Of a stretch of DNA of 64,000 bases, positions 24,008-34,751 are shown in pieces. Positions within the stretch are counted from its first letter, which is position 1. Every line of letters starts with the position of its first letter. Below the pieces are notes generated by a model. That model did not search any database and was not told where the DNA came from. It saw only the letters and a program-made list of their open reading frames with translations. The DNA is from Bacteroidales bacterium (GTDB lineage Bacteria > Bacteroidota > Bacteroidia > Bacteroidales > VadinHA17), in NCBI GenBank assembly GCA_034679225.1, contig JAXDBC010000038.1, forward strand, positions 10,595-74,594. The letters are read 5' to 3'. A program made the position numbers and the translations under genes.

Positions 24008-24364
24008 ATGTACGAAATAAGAGAACTGTCGGAGAGCGAAAGGAACTGGGCAATGCTGTGTCATCTGTCCGCGTTTGCCGGATATTTTTTCCCCTTCGGA
24101 GGCATCCTGGGGCCGCTGATCTGCTGGCTGTTGAAGAAGGATGAGTCGCGATGGGTGGACTTTAACGGGAAATGGGCCCTGAATTTCCAGATTTCCATCT
24201 TATTATACATGGTGCTGGCAACCCCTCTTGCCTTTATAATAGTAGGTATTCCAATACTTCTGTTCCTCGGTTTCCTGGAAGTGATCTGTATTGTCATAGC
24301 AAGTGTCAGGGCATCGAAGGGCGAAGAATTCAGATATCCACTGTGTATCCCTTTCATTCAGTAA
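24008..24364 (+). CDS. Small integral membrane protein (DUF4870-like by recollection)
   Basis: 118 aa, 3-4 hydrophobic helices, NWAMLCHLSAF start typical of that family. Confidence 0.65.
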   Translation: MYEIRELSESERNWAMLCHLSAFAGYFFPFGGILGPLICWLLKKDESRWVDFNGKWALNFQISILLYMVLATPLAFIIVGIPILLFLGFLEVICIVIASVRASKGEEFRYPLCIPFIQ

Positions 24365-24434
24365 TTTTTTTGTTCATGCAAGTGTTGTCAGCTCAGAAAT
24401 TTGTATATTTCTGAGCTGATTAACCCGTTCTGCC

Positions 24435-25352
24435 ATGAAGAAAGAAACTGCCGCAAAGAAAGCATCTGCTTCAAAGAAAGCATCTGCCGTTAAGAAAAAC
24501 ACTAAGGGAAAGAAGGCCAGGGTAAAGGTTTTCGAGAAAAAGGATCTCTATCGCGACATCGAGGCTGAGAAACGAGATAAGATAGGAAGCGCCGAGTACC
24601 TGAAGAAACTCAGGGAGCTTGAGATTGAACTCGTCAAACTGCAGGAATGGGTGAAAGCTAATAAACTTAAGGTTGTAGTGGTTTTTGAGGGCCGAGATGC
24701 CGCCGGAAAGGGAGGAGTAATCAAGACCATTGCAGGCTGTCTGAATCCAAGAATATGCCGTATTGTTGCTCTTGGTATTCCCACCGAAAAGGAAAAGACG
24801 CAATGGTATTTCCAGCGCTATGTGTCTGAGCTTCCGTCAGGAGGTGAGATAGTCCTGTTTGACAGAAGCTGGTACAACAGGGCTGGGGTTGAAAAGGTGA
24901 TGGGATTCTGCACCGATGAGGAATACGAGGAGTTCCTGCGTTCGTGCCCGGAATTTGAAAGGATGCTTATCCGGTCCGGAATAATATTAATAAAGTACTG
25001 GTTCTCAATAAGTGACAAGGAGCAGGAAAAGAGGTTTCAGGACAGGATAAATGATCCTACAAAACGCTGGAAGATAAGTCAGATGGATGTGGAGTCTCGA
25101 GAAAAATGGGTTGAATATTCTATTGCCAAGGACAAGATGTTCTCCTACACCGATATCCGCCAGTCGCCCTGGTTTGTTGTTCCGGCTGACGACAAGAGAA
25201 GAGCCAGGCTGAACTGCATCGATCATCTGCTTTCATTGATCCCCTACGAGGACCTTACCCAAAAATCAATAAAGCTCCCGCCGCTGAAACATGAGGTAGC
25301 TTATGTCAGGCCTCCCATCACGGAGCAGAATTTTGTTCCGAACAAATATTAG
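24435..25352 (+). CDS. ppk2: Polyphosphate kinase 2 family protein
   Basis: VVVFEGRDAAGKGG Walker A, DRSWYNR and lid motifs. Confidence 0.9.
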   Translation: MKKETAAKKASASKKASAVKKNTKGKKARVKVFEKKDLYRDIEAEKRDKIGSAEYLKKLRELEIELVKLQEWVKANKLKVVVVFEGRDAAGKGGVIKTIAGCLNPRICRIVALGIPTEKEKTQWYFQRYVSELPSGGEIVLFDRSWYNRAGVEKVMGFCTDEEYEEFLRSCPEFERMLIRSGIILIKYWFSISDKEQEKRFQDRINDPTKRWKISQMDVESREKWVEYSIAKDKMFSYTDIRQSPWFVVPADDKRRARLNCIDHLLSLIPYEDLTQKSIKLPPLKHEVAYVRPPITEQNFVPNKY

Positions 25353-25356
25353 AATG

Positions 25357-25452
25357 GTCTTGCGGTCTGGCACGACCGCACGACTGCACGACCGCAGGAC
25401 CGCACGACCGCAAGACCGCAAGACCGCACGACCGAACGACAGGCGACCGCGG
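25357..25452. repeat. Octamer tandem array (NGACCGCA, about 9 units) preceded by one inverted unit
   Basis: cgaccgca cgactgca cgaccgca ggaccgca cgaccgca agaccgca agaccgca cgaccgaa, led by ggtcttgcggtc. Fills the gap between ppk2 and hisS. Confidence 0.9.
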
Positions 25453-25511
25453 GGAGCAAGACTATACGACTTTCCCTTTTTATTCCTACTTTTGTCCTTT
25501 ATCTTATTAAA

Positions 25512-26879
25512 ATGAAGCCTTCAATACCAAAAGGAACCCGCGATTTCTCACCGGAAGAGATAATGAAACGGGAAAGTATCTTTGAGACAATCAAAAAGGT
25601 TTTCAGGTACTATGGCTACCAGGCTATTGAGACGCCTGCAATGGAAAACCTGTCGACCCTGCTTGGAAAATATGGGGAAGAGGGTGACAAACTGCTGTTC
25701 AGGATTCTCAATTCAGGAAATTTCCTTTCAGGTGTAAGCGATGAGGAACTTCTTGACAGAGACCTGAATAAGATATCCTCAACTATCTGTGAACGGGGGC
25801 TCAGGTACGACCTCACGGTGCCCTTCGCACGTTATGTCGTTCAGCATCGCGATGAAATAGTCTTTCCGTTCAAGAGGTACCAGATACAACCGGTGTGGAG
25901 AGCCGACCGGCCCCAGAAAGGACGATACCGTGAATTCACCCAGTGCGATGCTGATGTAATTGGAAGTGATTCCCTGTTGAATGAGTATGAACTGATAAGA
26001 ATTATCGATGATATTTTCAGAGATCTCGGGATAAACATCGTGGTAAAGATCAACAACAGGAAGATACTTTCAGGCATTGCAGAGATAATCGGCGAATCGG
26101 GAAGGATCACCGATATAACGGTTGCTATCGATAAACTGGATAAGATCGGGACAGATGCGGTAAATGAAGAACTGAAGGCTAAAGGCGTATCATCTGATGC
26201 CATTTACAGGCTGCAGCCCATCCTGAAGCTTAAGGGAAGCGCTGAGAAAAAGCTGTCGGAACTTGAAGCGACGCTTTCAGAATCAGAGACAGGACTGAAA
26301 GGAATTGAGGAAATGAGGAAGCTCTTTTCGTATATCGGAAGTACATCACTGACAGCAGCGACAGAACTTGATCTGACACTTGCAAGGGGACTGAACTATT
26401 ACACCGGGGCCATCATTGAGGTCAAGTCGCGTGATGTCAGTATCGGCAGCATATGCGGCGGAGGGCGTTATGATAACCTTACGGGAGTTTTCGGTATGGA
26501 GGGAGTCTCCGGCGTGGGAGTCTCCTTCGGGGCCGACAGGATATATGATGTAATGACCCAGCTGAACCTTTTCAGCGCCAGGGATGTGGTGCAGACAAAA
26601 GTGATGATAGTCAATTTCGGCGAGAAAGAAACCGGATTTGCCCTGAAGCTAAGAAGCACGCTGATTGAGAACGTGATAAGCACCGAATTCTATCCAGATA
26701 CCGTCAAACTGAAAAAGCAGATGTCCTATGCCGGTTCGAGGAAGATACCCTATATCGTTCTCGCGGGTGAAGATGAAATCAGTAAAAACCTGGTTACCCT
26801 CAGGATAATGGCAACAGGAGAGCAGAAGAAGATGGATGTTGCTGAACTTTTAACTTTTCTGAAAAACGCTGCACACTAA
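25512..26879 (+). CDS. hisS: Histidine--tRNA ligase
   Basis: 455 aa, class II motifs ([23 protein letters not shown]). Confidence 0.96.
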   Translation: MKPSIPKGTRDFSPEEIMKRESIFETIKKVFRYYGYQAIETPAMENLSTLLGKYGEEGDKLLFRILNSGNFLSGVSDEELLDRDLNKISSTICERGLRYDLTVPFARYVVQHRDEIVFPFKRYQIQPVWRADRPQKGRYREFTQCDADVIGSDSLLNEYELIRIIDDIFRDLGINIVVKINNRKILSGIAEIIGESGRITDITVAIDKLDKIGTDAVNEELKAKGVSSDAIYRLQPILKLKGSAEKKLSELEATLSESETGLKGIEEMRKLFSYIGSTSLTAATELDLTLARGLNYYTGAIIEVKSRDVSIGSICGGGRYDNLTGVFGMEGVSGVGVSFGADRIYDVMTQLNLFSARDVVQTKVMIVNFGEKETGFALKLRSTLIENVISTEFYPDTVKLKKQMSYAGSRKIPYIVLAGEDEISKNLVTLRIMATGEQKKMDVAELLTFLKNAAH

Positions 26880-26951
26880 ACACTTAACCCTGAATCACTT
26901 ACTCTCGTTGACCCCCTTTTCCTCCCGTCCCGTCCCGATTCCCCTGCATTC

Positions 26952-27091
26952 ACATACCCCCTTTCCCGTTTCCCCCAGGGGGGAAAGGCTTCTTCCAATG
27001 GAAGTTGCTGCTCAATTTGTTATATCAAGCATTGAAGTTCATATTTCTTTCCAATATTAGCAGAATCTTCTTGCTCCTTCACCCTAGGGGG
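26952..27091 (-). repeat. MITE-like 142-bp element, inverted copy (about 85% identity to the 46.4-kb copies)
   Basis: The reverse complement aligns end to end with 46364-46505, including both CCCCCAGGGG-type termini. Confidence 0.7.
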
Positions 27092-27128
27092 TTGGGGGTA
27101 AAGCCCCCTTGGGGGTTGGGGGTAAAGC
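27087..27128 (+). repeat. Tandem duplication of a GGGGGTTGGGGGTAAAGC module (four G5 tracts)
   Basis: gggggttgggggtaaagcccccttgggggttgggggtaaagc read directly. Confidence 0.85.
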
Positions 27129-27159
27129 TCCTTGCTGCTCAATTTATTATATAAAGCGA

Positions 27160-27217
27160 GCCGCGTGCCGCGTGCCGCCCGCCGCCCGCCGTTCTTTCGC
27201 CCTGTGCCCTACCCCCT
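27160..27217. repeat. Heptamer-periodic tract (GCCGCGT x2, GCCGCCC x2, then GTGCCCT-type units)
   Basis: Period-7 reading directly abutting and overlapping the stop codon of the thiamine pyrophosphokinase gene. Confidence 0.8.
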
Positions 27218-27856
27218 GAATTTCTGATAAACTATAACCGCTCCTTCGTCGAAGCGGATCTCGAATGAATCGCCTGTTGCTTCATTCAGGGTTCCCCGCC
27301 ACCAGTTCATGAGTTTAAGGCCTGAAAGTTCATATCTCAGACCTGAAGAACTGATTTCAGTTTCGGGGTTTACCGAGAACAGTGAAACCTGCTGACCAAC
27401 AAAGGAGTTTAGTGACCTGCTTCCCAGTATCGGGGTGAATATTCCGGTATCGGTTACCATCACGACGCTGACTTCCCTGGCATATTCAGCGAGGAGTGAT
27501 ATGTTGCCGATGGTATGGTCTTCCCTTTTTCCCGTGGCTCCGACAATCACAATATCCATATAACTATTATTAATACACCACCTGACTGCCTTTGTGAGGT
27601 CGTTGGTCTCCTGGTCGGGGTCTCTGAAGAGCCGGCCGGAATATTCCCGGGCAATTTCGCGGTCGATGGAATCAAGGTCGCCCACTATCGCTTCAGCTTC
27701 CAGTCCGGAACCGGCAAGGTTCTTAATACTGCCGTCGCAGCAGATTATATGTTCAGCTTTCCGGAGGTATGCAAGAGGCACCGGATGCATGGGAAAGTTC
27801 CCGTCAGCGAGTATTACAGTTCGCTGGATATCGAAAATGATGTTTTGATACATCAT
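27209..27856 (-). CDS. Thiamine pyrophosphokinase
   Basis: 215 aa, CCDGS and IVGDLDSI motifs, C-terminal thiamine-binding domain. Confidence 0.85.
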   Translation of the reverse strand: MMYQNIIFDIQRTVILADGNFPMHPVPLAYLRKAEHIICCDGSIKNLAGSGLEAEAIVGDLDSIDREIAREYSGRLFRDPDQETNDLTKAVRWCINNSYMDIVIVGATGKREDHTIGNISLLAEYAREVSVVMVTDTGIFTPILGSRSLNSFVGQQVSLFSVNPETEISSSGLRYELSGLKLMNWWRGTLNEATGDSFEIRFDEGAVIVYQKFRG

Positions 27857-28181
27857 TGCAGACAGTTAATTAATATTAAAAGCTGAAATTTAGTTATTCT
27901 GCATGGGAAAACAAGCGTCTGTAATGCATACAGCCCTATATAATTCAGCAAAACAAACTGAGTATCACATGACAAAAAAAAAAAATTGATTTGTAGTAAT
28001 CTATCGAAGATTCAACTATATTTGGACACCCTATAAACCTAACCCATGTTGCCTATGGTACAAACATTCATTTGCTATTTAATTTCAGTGGGAGTTTAAG
28101 ACTCCATTTTTTATCCACCAAGTAAATTTTACTTGGAACATTTTTTATTTAATTATCTAATCTAACTAACTTCTCAAAAGT

Positions 28182-31100
28182 ATGACGAAAAAAATCATGC
28201 GAATTGTTTCATTCCGTACAAGTTCAAGGCTTGTCATGAAACTTTTGACAGTGTTGGTATTGCTTGGCTCTCTGCCTGCATTTACTGCAAGCGCTGATCC
28301 GGGTGATATGCAACAGAAGAGGATCACCGGCCGCGTTACCGACAATTCGGGAGCGCCGTTGCCAGGTGTGAACATTCTGGAAAAAGGCACCATCAATGGC
28401 TCTATTACCGATGCCGACGGAAATTATGCACTTACCGTTGCCGGATCGAGCTCGGTGCTGACATTTTCATTCATCGGTTATACCAGTCAGGATGTGACTG
28501 TTGGTTCGCTTAACGCGGTTGACGTAGTTCTTCAGGAATCCTTATCGGCCCTTGATGAGATCGTGGTTGTAGGTTATTCGACCCAGGCAAGGAAGTCCCT
28601 TACAGGATCCGTGTCGCAGGTTGGTGCAGCCGCCTTATCAGAGAGTGCCGCCACCAACCCGATCACCCGTCTTCAGGGTAAGATCGCGGGTGTGACCATT
28701 CTGAACCAGCACACGCCCGGCGAGGGCTCGACGATCAGGATCCGAGGTATGACGACCATCAACGACGCCAGTCCTCTTTACGTTGTTGACGGTGTTCCCG
28801 GAGGTTCCTATTCACCAAACGACGTTGAAACAATCACTATACTGAAGGACGCTGCCGCGCAGTCGATCTACGGTGCAAGGGCAGCCAACGGTGTTGTTCT
28901 TATCACCACCAAGGGCGGTAAGAAAAACCAGAAAGTCCAGATGAACGTTAATGTAAGGCAGGGATTCACTTCTCCCGGTAAGTTCTATGACCTGCTCAAC
29001 ACGCAGGAATGGGCTGAGATGCTTTGGCTTGAAGCCAAAAACGGCGGTGTTTCAGGCTACAAACACCAGCAGTTTGGTAATGGTTCGAGCCCGGTTATCC
29101 CGGATTTCATCTTCCCGACGGCTGCAATGGCGGGTGACCCGCGTGCCGACATGAAGTTGTACGACAACAAGATCGCTGAAGAAGACGGCAGCGACACTTA
29201 CCTCATTACCAGAACCAGCCCGGGGACCGATTTCTACGGAGCTGCCACCAGGAATGCAGCCTACAAGGAGTACACCCTCGATATTGCCGGCGGTACACAG
29301 AACGCTGCCTATGCATTCATGCTTGGTTATACCAATGAGGAAGGTATATTCAAGTACACCGGCTTCGACAATTACAGCTTCCGCGCCAATGTGTCCGCGT
29401 CTCCTGCAAAATGGATTGATGTTGGAGCCAACGTGGGGATTCAGTACAGCACCGACCGCGGTGCACAGGGCGACAACTCTGAATCATCCCTTATCTCGTG
29501 GTGCTACAGGATGCCGACCGCTGTACCGGTTTACGACGAATCAGGTACCACGTTTGCCGGATCAAGGCCTTCAGCCATGGGTAATTCCAGTAATGCCGTC
29601 TTCGTTGCCTGGTCAAACCAGTATGACAAAACCACTCAGATGGACGTTAGCGGAAACACCTTCGTTAAATTCAACATACTGAAGGGACTCTCCGCGAAAT
29701 CCCTTATCGGTATCAACCAATACGGACGAAACACTGATAATTTTGACTATTTTGAAGTGGCAGCCGCGGAAAGGGGAAAATATGACAGCTTTACCAAGGA
29801 AAACAGAGCCAATCTGAACTGGACCTGGACAAACACCATTGAGTATGGTCTCAGGACCGGCAGCCATGACATCAAGCTTATCGCAGGTACTGAAGCATAC
29901 GCTAACAAATACACCAGGCTTACTGCAGGAAGGCAGCAGTTCCCTGTCAAGGATCCCAACTACATGAATCTTAACACCGGTCTTCGTAGTATAAGCAATT
30001 CCGACGACAACAATGCTTACAGCCTTTTCTCGATATTCGGACGTGCCAACTACACTTATGCCGACAAATACATGGTTGAAGCAGTAGTAAGACGTGACGG
30101 CTCATCCCGTTTCGGTAATGAAAAATACGGTATCTTCCCTGCATTCTCTGTTGGATGGAGAATGACCGAGGAAGCATTCATGGCTTCAACCAAGCAGTGG
30201 CTCAACGAACTGAAGATCCGTACAGGATGGGGTGCAGTCGGGAACGACCGTATGGGTAACTACAACAGCTACACCCAGATCATATACAGTGAAGGAAACG
30301 CCAGCTATGGTATGACCGGTGATCATAACAATTTCAGCAACACGGGTTTCTACCAGTCGACATTCGGTAACACCGATGTGAAATGGGAAGCCACCACGAC
30401 CACCAACCTTGGTATCGATGCATCTTTCTTCAACCACTGGACATTGACATTCGACGTATGGCAGCGTAAAACCCACGACATGCTTTACCAAAAGCAGCTG
30501 CCATTGGTTCTTGGTACAGCTACCAGGCCTTCAATCAACATCGGTGAAATGAAGAACACCGGTTTCGATCTTGAACTGGGATACTCGAATACAGCTTTGA
30601 ACGGCGATTTCTATTACAGCGCCGACCTTGTTTTATCGCGCTACAAGAATGAGCTGACCAAACTTACCGATGTCTCCACCGACTTCTACCAGGGATCGGG
30701 ATTTCGTGAGAAGTATTACACCAGGACTCAGACAGGCCACGCTTTCCCTGAATTCTACGGTTATGTAGTGGAAGGCATCTTCCAGAGCAACGAGGAAGCA
30801 GCTGCATGGGCTCCTGCATTCGGAACCTATAACAAGGCCGGTCACTTCAAATACAAAGATGTCAGCGGCCCCAACGGAGTTCCTGATAATGTGATCAATT
30901 CTTACGACCGTACCTACATCGGAACACCTCACCCGGATTTCACCGCCGGTCTCAGCCTGAACCTTGGTTACAAGGGAATTTCCCTTATGACTACTCTCTA
31001 TGCTTCAGTGGGCAATGATCTGGTTAACTATGTAAGTCGTTTCATCGATTACACGCAGTTCGAGTCGGGAAAGAGCAAGAGAAGGCTTTATGAATCATGG

Positions 31101-31430
31101 GGAAGCCCGCATCTGAAGAACAACGCGGATGCCACCATGCCCATCATTTACTCTAACGACACTCCTCACCAGGAGCCCTCCACGGCATTTATTGAGGATG
31201 CATCATTCCTTCGTATGAAGACCTTAAGGGTCGGCTATGACCTCAACAGGATACTGAACAACAAGTTCAGCTCGCTTCAGATCTACTTCCAGGGTTCCAA
31301 CCTTTTCACCATCACCAAGTATTCGGGACTTGATCCTGAAATCTCAGGTGCAGGAATCAACATGGGTATAGACTCCGGCGCATGGCCAACAAGAAGGCAG
31401 TTTATCTTCGGGATCTCTTTTGGCCTGTAA
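28182..31430 (+). CDS. SusC/RagA-family TonB-dependent outer-membrane transporter
   Basis: 1082 aa, CarboxypepD_reg-like N-terminus (ITGRVTDNSGAPLPGVNI), plug (DEIVVVGY), C-terminal ...FGISFGL. Confidence 0.95.
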   Translation: MTKKIMRIVSFRTSSRLVMKLLTVLVLLGSLPAFTASADPGDMQQKRITGRVTDNSGAPLPGVNILEKGTINGSITDADGNYALTVAGSSSVLTFSFIGYTSQDVTVGSLNAVDVVLQESLSALDEIVVVGYSTQARKSLTGSVSQVGAAALSESAATNPITRLQGKIAGVTILNQHTPGEGSTIRIRGMTTINDASPLYVVDGVPGGSYSPNDVETITILKDAAAQSIYGARAANGVVLITTKGGKKNQKVQMNVNVRQGFTSPGKFYDLLNTQEWAEMLWLEAKNGGVSGYKHQQFGNGSSPVIPDFIFPTAAMAGDPRADMKLYDNKIAEEDGSDTYLITRTSPGTDFYGAATRNAAYKEYTLDIAGGTQNAAYAFMLGYTNEEGIFKYTGFDNYSFRANVSASPAKWIDVGANVGIQYSTDRGAQGDNSESSLISWCYRMPTAVPVYDESGTTFAGSRPSAMGNSSNAVFVAWSNQYDKTTQMDVSGNTFVKFNILKGLSAKSLIGINQYGRNTDNFDYFEVAAAERGKYDSFTKENRANLNWTWTNTIEYGLRTGSHDIKLIAGTEAYANKYTRLTAGRQQFPVKDPNYMNLNTGLRSISNSDDNNAYSLFSIFGRANYTYADKYMVEAVVRRDGSSRFGNEKYGIFPAFSVGWRMTEEAFMASTKQWLNELKIRTGWGAVGNDRMGNYNSYTQIIYSEGNASYGMTGDHNNFSNTGFYQSTFGNTDVKWEATTTTNLGIDASFFNHWTLTFDVWQRKTHDMLYQKQLPLVLGTATRPSINIGEMKNTGFDLELGYSNTALNGDFYYSADLVLSRYKNELTKLTDVSTDFYQGSGFREKYYTRTQTGHAFPEFYGYVVEGIFQSNEEAAAWAPAFGTYNKAGHFKYKDVSGPNGVPDNVINSYDRTYIGTPHPDFTAGLSLNLGYKGISLMTTLYASVGNDLVNYVSRFIDYTQFESGKSKRRLYESWGSPHLKNNADATMPIIYSNDTPHQEPSTAFIEDASFLRMKTLRVGYDLNRILNNKFSSLQIYFQGSNLFTITKYSGLDPEISGAGINMGIDSGAWPTRRQFIFGISFGL

Positions 31431-31464
31431 CAGATGTTTTTATGAATAGTAAACTTAAACGAAT

Positions 31465-33234
31465 ATGAAAAGAATAACCAAATTATTATCAATCGCGATA
31501 CTTTTCGGAAGCTTGCTGATGATATATTCCTGCAGTGATGAGTACCTCACCAAGGAACCCCCGGGAGTTGTATCAAAAATTATTCTCGAGACACCTGATG
31601 GCGTTGAAGCTCTTCTTGTTGGTGTATATGAAAGGATGCAGAACGGAAGTTCAATGTTCGGAGGCGCCATGACAAGTGACTGGACTTATTCAGCCGGATG
31701 TTCGGATGATTGCTACAAGGGAACATCGAGCGGCGACCAGGCCAACTTCAACCTTCTCGAGAGGTACGAGGCTCTTCCAAACAATCCCTATCTAAGTGAC
31801 AGATGGACACTCTGCTATGACGGAGTTGCCCGCGCCAACGTCGCCCTGCAGTTCCTGTGGCAGACACAGGCAGGTCCTTCACCGCTTACAGCCGAGAGGG
31901 CAAAACAGGTAGAAGCTGAAGCCAAATTTCTGAGGGCATGGTTCCATATGCAGGCCAACAAAATCTTTGAAAGGATCCCTTATGTAAAGACCCAGGAAGA
32001 ACTTGGAGACATTACTCCGGAGGAAGTTCCCAACACCGATGCCGGCTGGGATGGCATTGAAGCCGACCTTCAGTATGCTATCGACAACCTGCCTGTAACT
32101 AAATACAATAATGAAAAGGGTCGCGCAGACAAGTATGTTGCCATGGCTTTCAAAGCCCAGGCTCACATGTACCAGAAAGAGTATCCTGCAGCAAAACTCC
32201 TTCTTGATGAGATTATCTCCAGTGGTAAGTACTCTCTTGCTCCCGAGTTTTCATGGAACTTTGATATGATGCATGAGAACAATGTCGAGTCGATCTTCGA
32301 ACTTCAGTGTACGACTACTGCAACAGCTCATTCGGCTGTTCACGGTTCGGGTTGCAACTTTCACCAGAAGGGGCCGGCAAGCTGCGGCGGCTGGGGATTC
32401 TTTCAGCCTTCACAGAACCTTTTCGAGGCATTCCAGACAACAGCTGAAGGGCTTCCCGTTCTTGATCCCGCGCTTCGCGATCCTCTCGAACATGACATGG
32501 GTGTTAAAAGCGATGAGGATTTCACCCCGACCAACCATCCTCTTGATCCGCGTGTAGACCATCTTATTGCACGCCGCGGTGTCGACTTCCTTGGCTGGGG
32601 AATCCACCCCGGAAACGACTGGATCCGTGAACAGAACAACGGCGGACCTTACATGACAAAGCTTTTCATGCACGCCAAGTCAGAACAGTCGCTCAATGTC
32701 AATGGAAGCGGCTTCTACAACGGCAAAAACTACAGGACCATGCGTTATGCAAGCATTCTCCTGTGGAGAGCGGAATGTGCCATCGCCGAAAACGATCTCG
32801 ACTATGCAAGGGAACTGGTGAACATGATCCGGAACCGTGCCAAAAACAGCACACCGGTCATGGGTCTGTGCACAAGCACCAAGAACCTCGAGAAAAACCC
32901 TGTTGTCGACTGGACCAGGCCGGCAGCGAACTATGTCATTGAGCCCTACCCGGATATTTCCGGCCAGTATCCTTTCAACAATGCAGCAAACGCGCTGCTT
33001 GCAGTACAGCACGAAACAAGGCTTGAGTTTGCCACCCAGAACCACCGTTTCTTCGATCTGAGGCGCTGGGGCATCATTACAGAGACACTCAATGCATATA
33101 TCCAGGATGATATTGGATTCAGGACATTCCTCCAGGGCGCTGTCTTTGTAGCGGGAGAGGATGAATACTGGCCAATCCACCAGAGCGTTATCGACCTTCA
33201 GCAAGGTATAATCCAACAGGATCCCGACTATTAG
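31465..33234 (+). CDS. SusD/RagB-family nutrient-binding lipoprotein
   Basis: Lipobox LMIYSC, C-terminal RLEFATQNHRFFDLRRWG motif, directly downstream of SusC. Confidence 0.93.
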   Translation: MKRITKLLSIAILFGSLLMIYSCSDEYLTKEPPGVVSKIILETPDGVEALLVGVYERMQNGSSMFGGAMTSDWTYSAGCSDDCYKGTSSGDQANFNLLERYEALPNNPYLSDRWTLCYDGVARANVALQFLWQTQAGPSPLTAERAKQVEAEAKFLRAWFHMQANKIFERIPYVKTQEELGDITPEEVPNTDAGWDGIEADLQYAIDNLPVTKYNNEKGRADKYVAMAFKAQAHMYQKEYPAAKLLLDEIISSGKYSLAPEFSWNFDMMHENNVESIFELQCTTTATAHSAVHGSGCNFHQKGPASCGGWGFFQPSQNLFEAFQTTAEGLPVLDPALRDPLEHDMGVKSDEDFTPTNHPLDPRVDHLIARRGVDFLGWGIHPGNDWIREQNNGGPYMTKLFMHAKSEQSLNVNGSGFYNGKNYRTMRYASILLWRAECAIAENDLDYARELVNMIRNRAKNSTPVMGLCTSTKNLEKNPVVDWTRPAANYVIEPYPDISGQYPFNNAANALLAVQHETRLEFATQNHRFFDLRRWGIITETLNAYIQDDIGFRTFLQGAVFVAGEDEYWPIHQSVIDLQQGIIQQDPDY

Positions 33235-33275
33235 CAGATAGCACTTTAAGCGAATAACAGCTTAATCTGACATAC

Positions 33276-33308
33276 AAGGGGCGATGCAGTGCATCGCCCC
33301 TTATTTTT
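33276..33308 (+). terminator. Intrinsic terminator after susD-like gene
   Basis: GGGGCGATGCA / TGCATCGCCCC stem followed by TTATTTTTT. Confidence 0.75.
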
Positions 33309-33402
33309 TCATAGTTAAATAAAGTTAATTAAAGAGATAGTCAGGAATATTTAATCAATTTTGTTGTCTATTATTTTGTTACAAGCAGAATTACCATTCC
33401 TG

Positions 33403-34749
33403 ATGAAGTACAGTATCGCACTGGTATTATTCTTTCTTGCCCCTTCAGCGCCCCTAATGGCTCAGTTGCAGATAAAGCCTCTTCCGGCGCCCGGTTTCGA
33501 TTCGCGCATCAGGGAATATATTGACACGCTGGAAATAATAGACACGCATGAACACCTGTTAGGTCCGGAACTTCTCAAAGATGGTTTCTTTCTTGATTTT
33601 TCACTTCTGCTTCTTCAGAACGGCTACGACGATCTTATCTCCGCGGGTATGCCTGACACCTTGTACGATGAACTTTTCAATGAGGAACTTTCACCCATGA
33701 CAAAATGGAAGATTATCGAACCATGGTGGCAGAACTCATTCAACACCTCTTTCAACAGGATAATCCTGTACGGCATAAAACATCTCTACAGTATCGACGA
33801 TCTCAACGCTTCAACCGTTGTTCCTCTTTCGGAAAAGATCCGGAATGCCTATGAAACAAACTGGTTCGACAGGATTCTCCGCGATTCGTGCCATATCAGT
33901 TACCTTATCAGTGACGGAAACTTCATACCCGGCAGGGAAAGCTACGTGAGATACGTCAAGCGGTTTGACAACTGGCTGATCCTAAGATCAAAGTATGGGC
34001 TTGACTCCCTTGCCATCAGGCAGCTCGATCCAATCTATTCACTTGATGATCTTGAGAAATCGCTGAGCACTGCCTTTGAAAAGGAGGTTAAAAACGGGAT
34101 GGTTGCCGTAAAGATCTTTGCTTCCTATTACAGAAGCCTCAACTTTGAAAAGGCCGACAAGGAATCGGCAAGAAAAGTTTTCCGCAACCTGGTAAACGGA
34201 GATATGGATCACATGATATCGATGAATGATGCCAAGCCTCTCCAGGATTATCTTTTTCACCATCTGATGGGCCTTTCGAGGAAATACGGCATGCCCGTGG
34301 CCATTCACACGGGGCTTCAGGCAGGGAAAGGCAAGCTGATCGACAATTCCAATCCCGAACACCTGACAGGCATTATAGCGCAGTATCCCGATATCAATTT
34401 CGTGCTGTATCACGGAAGCTTCCCTTACGGTGGAGAGCTGTCGGCCATTGCCAAGAATTACAGGAATGTATATATCGATATGAACTGGGCCTGGGCAGTC
34501 TCGCCCACCTATATCCGCCACCACCTGAATGAATGGCTTGAAATGGTTCCGGTAAACAGGCTTATTGCTTTCGGAGGAGATGCCATGGCTGTTGAAAACG
34601 TTTACAGCGAACTTGTTCTGGCAAAAAACATAATTTCCGGCGTGCTTTCCGAAAAGGTAAGTGATGGTTATTACACTGAAGAGGAATCAAAGACAATTGC
34701 CAGGATGATCTTCCACGACAACGCGGCAAGATTATACAAGCTGGAATGA
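33403..34749 (+). CDS. Secreted amidohydrolase-superfamily protein
   Basis: Signal peptide from the ATG at 33403, IDTHEHL metal-binding motif, later HTG and HGSFPYG motifs. Confidence 0.75.
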   Translation: MKYSIALVLFFLAPSAPLMAQLQIKPLPAPGFDSRIREYIDTLEIIDTHEHLLGPELLKDGFFLDFSLLLLQNGYDDLISAGMPDTLYDELFNEELSPMTKWKIIEPWWQNSFNTSFNRIILYGIKHLYSIDDLNASTVVPLSEKIRNAYETNWFDRILRDSCHISYLISDGNFIPGRESYVRYVKRFDNWLILRSKYGLDSLAIRQLDPIYSLDDLEKSLSTAFEKEVKNGMVAVKIFASYYRSLNFEKADKESARKVFRNLVNGDMDHMISMNDAKPLQDYLFHHLMGLSRKYGMPVAIHTGLQAGKGKLIDNSNPEHLTGIIAQYPDINFVLYHGSFPYGGELSAIAKNYRNVYIDMNWAWAVSPTYIRHHLNEWLEMVPVNRLIAFGGDAMAVENVYSELVLAKNIISGVLSEKVSDGYYTEEESKTIARMIFHDNAARLYKLE

Positions 34750-34751
34750 TG

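Noticed and set aside
25303-25515. 70-aa ORF spanning the ppk2-hisS gap ([13 protein letters not shown]...)
   Set aside because: It is a translation of the octamer array and overlaps the ppk2 3' end.
27974-27985. A12 homopolymer in the divergent TPK/susC promoter region as a phase-variation tract
   Set aside because: It lies upstream of the putative -33/-7 elements (27990-27993 and 28017-28024) rather than between them, so length changes would not alter promoter spacing. Weak case.
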